Position numbers and translations under genes: made by a program
DNA from: Nanobdellota archaeon
GTDB lineage: Archaea; Nanobdellota; Nanobdellia; Woesearchaeales; DATGWN01
Direction: 5' to 3'
Length of the DNA stretch: 54,639 bases
NCBI GenBank assembly: GCA_051819685.1
Contig: JBNJGI010000004.1
Location: forward strand, 1-54,639
Notes under the pieces: model-generated
The model's database searches: none
The model's input: only the letters and a program-made list of their open reading frames with translations
What the model was told of the DNA's origin: nothing
Shown: positions 39,017 through 48,509 of the stretch, one piece after another
Numbering within the stretch: the stretch's first letter is position 1
How the letters are laid out: each line of letters begins with the position of its first letter

Positions 39017-39664
39017 ATGTCAGAAAAAATTAAGTGTTATGGACAAAGTTGTACTGAAATAACTATGAATGGTAAAGTATTAGTGATAGATCCTTCTTAT
39101 AAGACTAAAAAAGCCGATATTATTATGCTTACAGGAAGTGTTTTTAAACCTGAAATAATTGATAAGATTTCAAAAAAAGATACTAAAATTATTGCTCCCA
39201 GGTGGTTGGAAGAGGAAGAAGAATATCTAAAGGTTAAAGATGTGATTAAGCTTATGCATAATGAAGAGACTAAGATTGATGATGTCGATATAAAAACAAT
39301 TCCCGCTTATGATATAAATAATGTTTTTGAAAGTTCTATGAAAAAACTTCTCGGATTTCTTATTAAAGGGGAGAAGGAGATATATTATTCAGGTAATACT
39401 AATCTTGTTCCTGAGATGAATGTTATTAATGTAGATTATGCTTTTATTCCTGTGGATAGCGATTATGTTGATATTTTTGAAGCTCTTGCTATCGCTAATA
39501 TAATAAAGGCCGAAACTTTTGTTCCTATTTCTTATGATAAAGATGAGAATTCAGGTCTTACGAGTTGTGTTAAATTTTCTTTGAAATGTTCTTGCAAAGT
39601 TGAGCTTTTCAGGAATAAATCAGATCTTCCTGATGTTAAGCTTCTTGTAGAAGATGAGGTTTGA
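39017..39664 (+). CDS. MBL-fold protein with degenerate metal site
   Basis: YGQSC..I, VIDP, KADIIMLT, IPAY, GFLI, YYSGNT, FVPISY; HxHxDH absent. Confidence 0.75.
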   Translation: MSEKIKCYGQSCTEITMNGKVLVIDPSYKTKKADIIMLTGSVFKPEIIDKISKKDTKIIAPRWLEEEEEYLKVKDVIKLMHNEETKIDDVDIKTIPAYDINNVFESSMKKLLGFLIKGEKEIYYSGNTNLVPEMNVINVDYAFIPVDSDYVDIFEALAIANIIKAETFVPISYDKDENSGLTSCVKFSLKCSCKVELFRNKSDLPDVKLLVEDEV

Positions 39665-39839
39665 TTTTAAGAGTATACAATCAAAGTGTTAAATTAAGAT
39701 ATTTTTCAGATGCTGATTCTTTTATTTTGAAATTATTTTCCATATCTAAATGATAATAATTATCCTGAGAAGTCACATTTTCTTTTATTAAAGGTAAAGG
39801 AGTTGCTTCAATCAATATAGTTTCTTGTCCAGAGATTGT

Positions 39840-40367
39840 TCAAGTTGTATTACCAGTGAAAATTTCATCACACCATGAAGGAGGTATTATTTCATAATTA
39901 GCTGTTGTGTTTTGTAATATATCATTAAAAACATCTTTGTTGCCATACTTATCTGTAACTATAAGTTTATGTGCTGAATTATCTATTTGTCCTGTAAAAA
40001 CAATCCTCATTATTTCACCAGGATTATAATATTTTTCATCGACTATATTAGAGTCTGAAGTTATATTCATAGAGAAATTTTCGCATCTGCTTATTTTATC
40101 TCCATCAAGATATATATTGAGGTGTTCAGGATTTATTTTGATATCTCCTGTGTTTTTTACATAAGCTAAAATCTTATTATTGGCATCATTATAAGCGAAG
40201 GATTCTATTTTAAGTCTGCTTTTCATTTTTGATGCATAAAAATCACTTCTTTCATCCATTGCTACAGAGCTTGTGTTGATAGAATGTATAAATATATTTA
40301 TTGTTACCAAAGAAACAAGGAGTGTAGCAACGAAGAATATTGTTTTTGCTGCTATACCGGAAGCCAT
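39840..40367 (-). CDS. flaG: Archaellum accessory protein, FlaG/FlaF family
   Basis: N-terminal TM MASGIAAKTIFFVATLLVS, YVKNTG...IYLDG...PGE. Confidence 0.75.
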   Translation of the reverse strand: MASGIAAKTIFFVATLLVSLVTINIFIHSINTSSVAMDERSDFYASKMKSRLKIESFAYNDANNKILAYVKNTGDIKINPEHLNIYLDGDKISRCENFSMNITSDSNIVDEKYYNPGEIMRIVFTGQIDNSAHKLIVTDKYGNKDVFNDILQNTTANYEIIPPSWCDEIFTGNTT

Positions 40368-40380
40368 TTTTTAATGAAGA

Positions 40381-41310
40381 TCATTCTTTATCGATCTTTT
40401 TCTTGTTATCTTCTTTCTGTTTATCCATTTCTTTTTCAAAGAAATTTCCTTTTTTATCATCAGATGTTTTCTTTTTTGATTTTACTTCATCATTTCCTTT
40501 TATCATTCCTTTTTGATCATCTTCTTCTTTTTCAAGAAAAGGATTATACATTTTACTTACAACTTCATAAAGACCGATAAATTTTTCTATATTTGATTGG
40601 ATTTTTTCTATTTGTTTTTTTATTTCTTCAATTTGATTTTTATTTTCATCATTCTCATTCCTTAATGTTGTCAATTCTTTTTCGAATTTTTCCTGTTTTT
40701 CCTTCACTTCACTGCTTATTTTCGATGATGAATCAACTAATTCTTTTACTTCATCCATTATAAGGCCCATCATAGCCTCTCCTGATTTAGTTTTAGTTAC
40801 ATCCTGCTCTTGTTGCTTTGCAGGTTGTTCTTTTTCTATATTCTCTTGCACGGGCTTTTCTTTTTCAACAGATTTTTTATTTTTATCATTGACATTTTCA
40901 TCTTTTTTTGCAATATCGGGTTCTTTTGTACCTTTTTCGGTCTTTTTATTCTGAACCTCTTCTTTTTTTTCAGGTTCTTTTTTTACCTGTTTATCATCTG
41001 CCTTTTTTTCTACATTTTTAGAAGATACTTCTACAATAAAATCAAGATATTTTTCAATGAGAGAAGAATCCACTTTTTTTGTGTCTTTCAATAATTCACT
41101 TAAATAAACTTTCGCCTGTTTAAGATATTCTTTTACATTATCTCCTGAAGTGCTGGCACTTAATGGTAATTTTTTTAGTTCATCTATCAGTAATGGATTT
41201 GGAGACTTTATATTTTTGGTTATCTTTCCAACTATCATTTCGGCTTTTTTGCTTATATATTCAGGATTTCCTGAATATTCTTCCTTCTTTTTTAGATTGC
41301 CGATTTTCAT
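40381..41310 (-). CDS. Archaellum accessory protein with a FlaC-like coiled-coil domain
   Basis: Coiled coil ending in IEKFIGLYEVVSKMYNPF; adjacent to the flaG-like gene. Confidence 0.7.
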   Translation of the reverse strand: MKIGNLKKKEEYSGNPEYISKKAEMIVGKITKNIKSPNPLLIDELKKLPLSASTSGDNVKEYLKQAKVYLSELLKDTKKVDSSLIEKYLDFIVEVSSKNVEKKADDKQVKKEPEKKEEVQNKKTEKGTKEPDIAKKDENVNDKNKKSVEKEKPVQENIEKEQPAKQQEQDVTKTKSGEAMMGLIMDEVKELVDSSSKISSEVKEKQEKFEKELTTLRNENDENKNQIEEIKKQIEKIQSNIEKFIGLYEVVSKMYNPFLEKEEDDQKGMIKGNDEVKSKKKTSDDKKGNFFEKEMDKQKEDNKKKIDKE

Positions 41311-41354
41311 GATCTCCTCTTTTTTTTATAACTAAGACTTTTATATTTTTAAAT

Positions 41355-42746
41355 TTATTTAAAGTTAGGCATTCCCATACCTTTCATACCACCCATCCTT
41401 TTCATCATCTTTTGCATATTTTTAGAGTTACCCCCATTATTTTTCATCATTTTCATCATTTTTTTGCTTTGTTTGTAATATTTAAGTAAATCCCTTACTT
41501 CTTGTACATCTCTTCCAGATCCTTCAGCAATTCTTTCTATTCTTGATATATTTATTATATCAGGTTTTTCCATTTCTTCTTTTGTACAACTATCCATTAT
41601 AAATTTCCATGTTTTTATCTTGCCTTCCTGTTGTTTCAATGTGTCTTTCGGGACATTCATACCACTCATACCAGGAATCATTTCCATGACTTTGGTTAAA
41701 GGACCCATTTTTTTCATAGCTTGCATCTGCTCGTATAAGTCATTAAGTGTAAAATTTCCTTTTAGCATCCTTTTACTCATATCTTCTGCATCTTCTTCTT
41801 GTATTGCTCCTTTAGCTTTTTCAAGAAGTGCTTCCAGATCACCCATTCCTAAAAGACGTCCCACAAAATTTTTTGGTTTGAATTCTTCAATATCATCTAT
41901 TTTTTCTCCGGTTCCTATGAACTTGACTTTAGCAGAAGTTGTTGCACATGCACTCAATGCCCCTCCACCTTTTGCAGTTCCGTCCATTTTAGTTATTATG
42001 ACTCCTGTAACACCACAAAGATTATGGAAAGATTTAGCTTGCTTTTCAGCCGTCTGACCTATATCTCCACCAATAACAAGAAGTTTTTCATCAGCATCCA
42101 CTGTTTTATCGATTTCACCGAGCTCTTTTATCAGATCTTCACTTAATGCATCCCTTCCCGCTGTATCTATTATAAGGATGTCATATTTTTTGAATTCTTT
42201 TTCATATTTATTGTATATTTCTTTAGGATATTCCAGATCACCTTTTCTGTTTTCGTCAATTTTTTCTCCATAAAAATCAATTCCTGCTTTTTCACAATTT
42301 TGTTTTAATTGTTCATATGCAGCTGGACGCCAAGTATCTGTCTGTATTGCAGCAACTTTGAATCCTCTTTTAGAATAATATTTTCCTAATTTTGCTGCTG
42401 TTGTTGTCTTACCATTACCGAAAAGCCCAGTAAGCATTATTTTGAAAGGTTTTTTCGGTTTTATTTCAATTGTTTCAGATTCACCGCCTAAAAATTGGGT
42501 TAATTCTTCATATACTATATTTATGACTTGCTCTTTTTTCGTTATTCCTGCTGGTGGATCTTGTTTGGCTTTCTCTTTGATATTTTTAGTAAGATCAAAA
42601 ACAAGCTTTACATTTACATCACTTTGTAGAAGGGATCTTTGTATTTCTTTTGTTATTTCTTTTAAGAGGGAGTCATTTACAAATATATTTCCGGTTAACT
42701 TTTTTAAAGTTCCCCTTAATGATTCACCTAGTTTATCGAGTACCAT
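41355..42746 (-). CDS. srp54: Signal recognition particle protein SRP54
   Basis: GLFGNGKTTT, DTWRPAA, DTAGR, TKMDGTAKGGGALS, Met-rich M domain. Confidence 0.97.
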   Translation of the reverse strand: MVLDKLGESLRGTLKKLTGNIFVNDSLLKEITKEIQRSLLQSDVNVKLVFDLTKNIKEKAKQDPPAGITKKEQVINIVYEELTQFLGGESETIEIKPKKPFKIMLTGLFGNGKTTTAAKLGKYYSKRGFKVAAIQTDTWRPAAYEQLKQNCEKAGIDFYGEKIDENRKGDLEYPKEIYNKYEKEFKKYDILIIDTAGRDALSEDLIKELGEIDKTVDADEKLLVIGGDIGQTAEKQAKSFHNLCGVTGVIITKMDGTAKGGGALSACATTSAKVKFIGTGEKIDDIEEFKPKNFVGRLLGMGDLEALLEKAKGAIQEEDAEDMSKRMLKGNFTLNDLYEQMQAMKKMGPLTKVMEMIPGMSGMNVPKDTLKQQEGKIKTWKFIMDSCTKEEMEKPDIINISRIERIAEGSGRDVQEVRDLLKYYKQSKKMMKMMKNNGGNSKNMQKMMKRMGGMKGMGMPNFK

Positions 42747-42805
42747 GTTACTGTGAAGATGTCTTGTTTTTTAAATATTCTTGGTTTCGAGCTAAAAAAC
42801 TTAAA

Positions 42806-43937
42806 TTAAGTATATTTTTTACTAAGTTGTATTTCTATTTTTTCAAGTGTTCTTCTTAGTGCTTTTATTATGTCCCATTCTCTTTTATTGGAAGTTACAG
42901 TGCTTCCAGGGTAAGTAAGGCGACTGTAGATAGTGTATAGTTTGTTTTTCCCTTCATTTCTTTCTTTTTTAACATCTATTTTCAGATCGAAAAGATTATG
43001 GAAATATCTTTCATATTTGCTTGCATATAAACTTGCAGTTTCTTTTATATAATTTATATCATGAGGTTGAAGATTTAATTCATCAAGTCCAGTGAATTCT
43101 ATTTTTCCTTTACTTCCTTGAAAAGATTTATATATTATATTTATTATATCTTCACCGATAATTAGTCCATAAGGTGTGTTATTTTTCAGGACGACAAGAT
43201 GAGAATCTTTTCCTTCTATCATTTTAGAAACTGCATCGTCAAGGTTTAAATCTTCTTCAATTAAAAGATAATCATTATCGATAAAATTTTTTACAGGCAG
43301 AGAAAGTATTTCAAGATGCTCAGTTTGATGTGTTGGTAAAGGTGTGTTAGGCTTTTCACCAAAATCCCTGTCAGTAGTATTAAGTCTTTGATGATAATTC
43401 AAAAGTAATGAGGTTGTCTTTATGTTACCCGTAATATCTCCATTTTTATCAGTTACAGGCATTTCTTTCAATTTGTGAGAATGCATTTCATGTAAAGCTT
43501 TCCCTAATTTGTCATTTTCATTCAGATGACGGAATTCAAGAAGAGCATTATCTATGTTTGAATCAAGCTTATAATTTTTTTTAAGTATTTCAAGCACACC
43601 ATATATATCTATAATTTTTTTTTAATTTTCCTTTTTCGAATAAAGGTAAGGCTCTTACTCTCCAGTCCCGCATTTGTTCCAAAATTTTTGAAATATCACT
43701 AGATGCAGAAATTCTTGCTGTATGTATTATATAATTGTCTACTTTATCTTTTGAAGGGTTAATTTTTGATTTTAAAGCTGAAAAATGGTCGAATATGCCT
43801 TTAAAATCTTTATTATTAAATATAAGAGCTTCTTCTGCTTTTTTTTCTTGCATCTCCCCTATAACTTTTGATATTGGTGTACCCGTTTGAACCTGTATAG
43901 AAATATCACTTTCCTTTATTTCAGATGAAATAACCAT
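42806..43937 (-). pseudogene. CBS-domain protein with C-terminal HPF/RaiA-like domain, split by a frameshift in an A9 run (43615-43623)
   Basis: Removing one A joins 43590-43937 and 42806-43597 as ...GKLKKIIDIYGVLEILKK..., giving about 4 CBS motifs plus an HPF-like tail (...EWDIIKALRRTLEKIEIQL). Confidence 0.75.
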
Positions 43938-43987
43938 AATTCCACCTCCTTCATTAATTATTCTGGTTAATTGATTTAATATTATGA

Positions 43988-44434
43988 TTAACCTCTTGAA
44001 TACTTTCCCATTAATATACCATGAGCCAGTATATGACCTCTTATCACATTATCTATTTCTTTTCTTTTTGTATTGTCCGGACGTTCAAGCGTTTTATCAA
44101 GAGCGTATGCATTAAAATGATATCTATGTGTTCCGGAAGGAGGACAAGGGCCTTTATAACCTTCGCTTCCGAAATCATTTATCCCTTCTTTTCCGGGTGA
44201 TGAATTTTCTTCTATTTTTATGGTTTCAGATGGAGATATATTCATGAGTATCCAATGAGTGAAATCACCTATTGGTGCATCAGGGTCGTTAACTAATAGC
44301 AATATGCTTTCTGTATTTTTAGGTATATTGCTTATTATCAATTCCGGGTTTACATTTTCACCATCACATGTATATTTTATCGGTATTTCTTCACCTTCAT
44401 TAAAAGCCGGGCTTTTTATATTCAATTCTTCCAT
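43988..44434 (-). CDS. YbhB/YbcL (PEBP) family protein
   Basis: IPIKYTCDG, DPDAP, FTHW, YKGPCPPSGTHRY. Confidence 0.93.
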   Translation of the reverse strand: MEELNIKSPAFNEGEEIPIKYTCDGENVNPELIISNIPKNTESILLLVNDPDAPIGDFTHWILMNISPSETIKIEENSSPGKEGINDFGSEGYKGPCPPSGTHRYHFNAYALDKTLERPDNTKRKEIDNVIRGHILAHGILMGKYSRG

Positions 44435-44544
44435 TTTTTATACCTCTTTTTTTTCTTTTTTTGATTTATTTTGTTATGACTTTTGATGTAATATAAAATG
44501 TGTTTTTATAAATAAATTTTAATCAAATATAAAATATAAAAAAA

Positions 44545-44883
44545 TCATTCTTTTGCTATTTCATATAAAGCTTTTATAGCAACTATTGCAGTAGCTGGAG
44601 CAATAAATACATTAATAAGACTGAAAAAAGTACTTATTGCAGTCCACCCGAAAGTAACTAATGTGAATAGATTACTTAAGGCGGAAAAACTGATCATAAA
44701 AGCTATTGCTGCGACAAGAAATGTCATTACTTCTTTATCAGTTACATTGAATATACCTACTATAAGTCCTAAGAGACCTAAAATAAGTATTGCCCAAACA
44801 GGTGTAGCTTCCGCTCCTAAGATAGATACTATTATTGCTAATATCAAACCTATTATGAAAGCTATTCCTCCGAAACTTTTCAT
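44545..44883 (-). CDS. Small multi-TM hypothetical membrane protein
   Basis: Hydrophobic 112-aa ORF; RBS ggggtga. Confidence 0.75.
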   Translation of the reverse strand: MKSFGGIAFIIGLILAIIVSILGAEATPVWAILILGLLGLIVGIFNVTDKEVMTFLVAAIAFMISFSALSNLFTLVTFGWTAISTFFSLINVFIAPATAIVAIKALYEIAKE

Positions 44884-44934
44884 TTTTTATTTTCACCCCC
44901 AAATCGAAATAATATGATTTTTTTATGTATATTT

Positions 44935-45669
44935 TTATTTCAAACTAACAAATGAATATTGGTCTTTTGTGTATGATGTCGTGATGTTACCTGATTTTTT
45001 GTCTATAATCATCAAAGGGCCTTGCACATAAGGACACACTAATCTCCCTCCTTCTTTTAGATATTTGTCCGCAAAATTTTCAATTTTTTTTTCATTATTT
45101 GAATTTATACCCGAGGTTATTATTATTTTATCAAATCCTCCAGTGTTATTTTCGATACCATTACCTTTTTTTAAGTGTATTTTATCGATTTTGTTTATTG
45201 TTTTTTCAGGTAATGAGGATTTCAGTTTTTCGATGTTTTTTGTCGCTTTTTCAACCAATTCAGGTATTATTTCATAACTAATACATTTTCCAGGATTTGA
45301 AAGGTAAGCCATTATGCTTGCATTCCAACCTGTTCCTGTCCCTATTTCAAGAACATCTTCCCCTCTTTTTATACATGATAATTGAAGCATCCTTCCTACA
45401 GTTGATGGTTGTGATAATGTCTGGTTGTGATTTATAGGTAATGCTATATCTTCATATGCATAAGTGATATCGGGAGAAAAATATTTTCTGTCTATTATGT
45501 CCATAGCATTTATTATCCTGTCAGTTATTTCAAAATCATCCTGGCTTATTGAAAGTCTTTTAAGATAGTTTTCCACAGAATCAAGCATTTCTACTTTAGT
45601 CATTTCATCCTTTTTTTTATCATAAAAGCTATTATCATTTGAATGATTATAATTTATTTTATCTTCCAT
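44935..45669 (-). CDS. pcm: Protein-L-isoaspartate O-methyltransferase
   Basis: AYEDIALPI, QTLSQP, VLEIGTGTGWNA, LKEGGRLVCP; start moved to ATG at 45669 behind ggagg. Confidence 0.9.
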   Translation of the reverse strand: MEDKINYNHSNDNSFYDKKKDEMTKVEMLDSVENYLKRLSISQDDFEITDRIINAMDIIDRKYFSPDITYAYEDIALPINHNQTLSQPSTVGRMLQLSCIKRGEDVLEIGTGTGWNASIMAYLSNPGKCISYEIIPELVEKATKNIEKLKSSLPEKTINKIDKIHLKKGNGIENNTGGFDKIIITSGINSNNEKKIENFADKYLKEGGRLVCPYVQGPLMIIDKKSGNITTSYTKDQYSFVSLK

Positions 45670-45682
45670 TTTCCCTCCTTTT

Positions 45683-46006
45683 TCAGATGGAATCAATTTT
45701 TGCTGCTATTATAAAATCGTTTTTATGTAATCCACCTATTTTATGAGTATATATTTCTATAATAACTTTATCATAATCTATATGTATTGTTGGATGATGA
45801 TCTTCTGCTTGAGCTATCCCTGCTACTTTATTGACAAAAATCATTGATTCATCAAAATTGGAAAAGCTGAAAACCTTTTTTATCTTTTTGTGATTAACAG
45901 CTTCCCACCCAGATAAATATTCAAGCATTTTTTCGACTTCTTCTTTATCCATTGGAGTTTTTCCTTCTTTTTCAGAAGAACACTCCATGTCTTTCAGTTT
46001 CTCCAT
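45683..46006 (-). CDS. Pterin-4-alpha-carbinolamine dehydratase
   Basis: EDHHP, THKIGGLHKNDFIIAAKID. Confidence 0.92.
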   Translation of the reverse strand: MEKLKDMECSSEKEGKTPMDKEEVEKMLEYLSGWEAVNHKKIKKVFSFSNFDESMIFVNKVAGIAQAEDHHPTIHIDYDKVIIEIYTHKIGGLHKNDFIIAAKIDSI

Positions 46007-46007
46007 T

Positions 46008-46445
46008 TTATTTTATCTCTATCTTTTTTTGTTTTTTATTTTCAATGTTTTTTACAGGTATATTTACTTTCAATAATCCATCCTTAAATTCAGCTTTTGC
46101 TTCATCCGGATTTATATCATAATTTATAGGTATTTTCCTGTAAAATACTGTACTCTCCGAACTATATTCTTTTTCTTCTTTTCTTTCTTTTTTCTCTTTT
46201 CCTTTGACTTCAAGATAATCATCTGTTACTTCCAGATTGATATTTTCTTTAGATATTCCGGGCATTTCTAATTCTACTTCTATATTGTTTTCTTTTTCTT
46301 TGATATTACAGACAGGTATTCTTGGAAGTTCTGTTCCATCTCCTGATAAAAGACTTCTTTCTTCAGCGTTTCTGCTGAAAATCCTGTCTATGTATTCTCT
46401 CATCCTGCTTAATTCATCCATTGTGTCCCAAATCATTTTATCCAC
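46008..46445 (-). CDS. Hsp20/alpha-crystallin small heat-shock protein
   Basis: EMPGISKENI, AEFKDGLLKVNIP. Confidence 0.92.
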   Translation of the reverse strand: MDKMIWDTMDELSRMREYIDRIFSRNAEERSLLSGDGTELPRIPVCNIKEKENNIEVELEMPGISKENINLEVTDDYLEVKGKEKKERKEEKEYSSESTVFYRKIPINYDINPDEAKAEFKDGLLKVNIPVKNIENKKQKKIEIK

Positions 46446-46455
46446 CTTTTGTTTA

Positions 46456-46800
46456 TTATTGTATAATACTTATATCATAACCTTCTTCATCCCAACCTTT
46501 AATACCATCTTCAAAATTGTATACATTTTCATAACCATATTTTTCAAGAGTTTCAGCTGCTTTTTCTGATTCCGATGAATTGTAATCAGCGCTATAAATC
46601 ACGATTACTTCTTTTTTATCAGGTATTATTTTTTCTATGATATTGATAAAATTAATATCTTCAAACGGAATATTTATTGAACCTGGTATATGGAACCTTT
46701 TATAACCTTCTTTGTTCAAAACATTAATCAAAATAAAATGAATTTTGTCTTGCATCATATTAAACAAAGCTTCACTGGTAATTATATCCATTTTAACCAT
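46456..46800 (-). CDS. Rhodanese-like domain protein without catalytic Cys
   Basis: HIPGSINIP, GYENVYNFEDGIKGW; active-site loop reads YSADYNS. Confidence 0.85.
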   Translation of the reverse strand: MVKMDIITSEALFNMMQDKIHFILINVLNKEGYKRFHIPGSINIPFEDINFINIIEKIIPDKKEVIVIYSADYNSSESEKAAETLEKYGYENVYNFEDGIKGWDEEGYDISIIQ

Positions 46801-46896
46801 TATTATTTTATATGTGACACTTGTTTTTAATATTTGTTAATTGAATAATAAAAAAACAGAAAATTTTATTAATATTAATTTCTTTTATTTTATAAA

Positions 46897-47874
46897 ATGA
46901 GTCGATTGATTGATGAATATGATAAAAAAATTTTATCTATACTGGATGATAATGCAAGAGAGAAAATTACAAAAATTGCTAAAAAAGTAAGGTTGGCTAA
47001 AGAGACTGTGAATTATAGGATTAACAGGTTGGTAGATAAAGGAATAATAAAAAAATTCAATCTTATTATAAATACTTCAAAGCTTGGTTTTAATTATTAT
47101 ATGTTCTTCCTTAAATTTAATAATACGGATCCTAAAATTGAGCATGATTTTATTGTTTATCTGAGAAAGAAAAAAAATTGTTCTAATTTAAGGTTTACTG
47201 AAGGTGCTTATGATGTATCATTCCTTCTTATGTTCAAAAATATCAAAGAATTTGAGCAATTTTATGAGGATCTTAATAATAGATATGGTAATTATATAGC
47301 TTCAAAAAGTTTCCATATGCTTACAAGAAGTTATAAGTTTCATAATAAAATATTCAAGAACGATAAAGGGGAACAAAAAATACTTGACCATACTATTGAG
47401 CATAAGGAGAGACTTAATGATAATGAATCGAAGATATTAGATAAGCTTTTACGTGATCCTAAAGCTAAATTGACAGATATTAGCGCGATAACAAACATCC
47501 CTCCGAAAGTAGTCGCATATAATTTGAAAAAATTAGAAGAAAAGGATATAATTTCTGCATATTCTATAAATATAGATATATATAAATTTAATTATGAGCT
47601 TGTGCTTTTCAATCTTTCTATTAATAATTTAAATAATATAAATAAAATTATTGAGTTCTTTAAAGAGAAAACTATGAGTTCTATCGCTTATAAAATGATT
47701 GGTGAATTTGATATTTCTTTCGAGATAAATATAAGAAGCGATATTGAATTAAGAAACATCATAGATAATTTCAGAACTGAATTTAAAGGTGATTTCAATT
47801 TTTTTGAAGTTTTGAGGATTTTCAGAGATTATGATACTAATTGGTCTCCTTTGGAAGATAATCTTATCGAATAA
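46897..47874 (+). CDS. Tandem (double) Lrp/AsnC family regulator
   Basis: DEYDKKILSILDDNAR... and a second HTH+RAM unit; divergent from the stress gene run. Confidence 0.88.
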   Translation: MSRLIDEYDKKILSILDDNAREKITKIAKKVRLAKETVNYRINRLVDKGIIKKFNLIINTSKLGFNYYMFFLKFNNTDPKIEHDFIVYLRKKKNCSNLRFTEGAYDVSFLLMFKNIKEFEQFYEDLNNRYGNYIASKSFHMLTRSYKFHNKIFKNDKGEQKILDHTIEHKERLNDNESKILDKLLRDPKAKLTDISAITNIPPKVVAYNLKKLEEKDIISAYSINIDIYKFNYELVLFNLSINNLNNINKIIEFFKEKTMSSIAYKMIGEFDISFEINIRSDIELRNIIDNFRTEFKGDFNFFEVLRIFRDYDTNWSPLEDNLIE

Positions 47875-47884
47875 GCTTATATAG

Positions 47885-48039
47885 CACATAAAATATAATA
47901 AAATGAGCGACGATATTGCCTTGAAGTAGTTTTTGAATTTGCGGTAAGGAGTAAAACGACTTACAGGAGCGCAAATTCAATCAAGTTCAACCAGAAGACT
48001 GAAAAACTGTTCACAAAACCACGTTTTTTATGAATGTGC
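47885..48039 (-). repeat. Repeat family A, internally shortened inverted copy
   Basis: Reverse complement matches 35741-35783 and 35957-36053; ~170-nt interior replaced by about 10 nt. Confidence 0.88.
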
Positions 48040-48042
48040 CAT

Positions 48043-48413
48043 TTATATATTGAATTTTTGCATATAAGGAAAGAGTTGTTTTCTTAATTCTTTATATACA
48101 TATTTTTCCTGGAATTTCATAGGGGACAGGATAGCTAATTTTTGTGCTTCTTCAGGATAATCACTTGGAGAGTCAGAAACATTAAGTGTTATTATTTTTT
48201 TATTTTTAATATCAAATTCCATTTTAAGCTTTTCTTTTATATGAGGTTTCACTACTATTATTATATCAGCCCAATCTATTTGCTTTTTTTTAAAGGATTT
48301 ACACCAAAAGAATCTATTCCTCCGAAATCAGTTTTATATCCTTTTTTGGCTAACCAATTAGCAAGATAACGGCTTCTGTTCTGTCCTAGATTACATATTG
48401 ATAATATTTTCAT
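48043..48413 (-). pseudogene. Low-molecular-weight protein tyrosine phosphatase-like gene with a frameshift at an A8 run (48284-48291)
   Basis: Manual translation MKILSICNLGQNRS (CX5RS P-loop)...NPLKK; one extra A gives KQIDWADIIIVVKPH..., joining ORF 48043-48252. Confidence 0.75.
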
Positions 48414-48509
48414 ATATAGTGTATGTTTTTAATATTAAAAAGAATATTGGTATTTTAGTACATAAAATTAAATTAGTGATAAATTTTAAGTATCTCTAAA
48501 AATTAATTT

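Noticed and set aside
39681-39842. Genome-wide TGA recoding
   Set aside because: Many conserved genes (gatE, the archaellin at 6308, dinB, pspC) end at TGA at their expected C-termini
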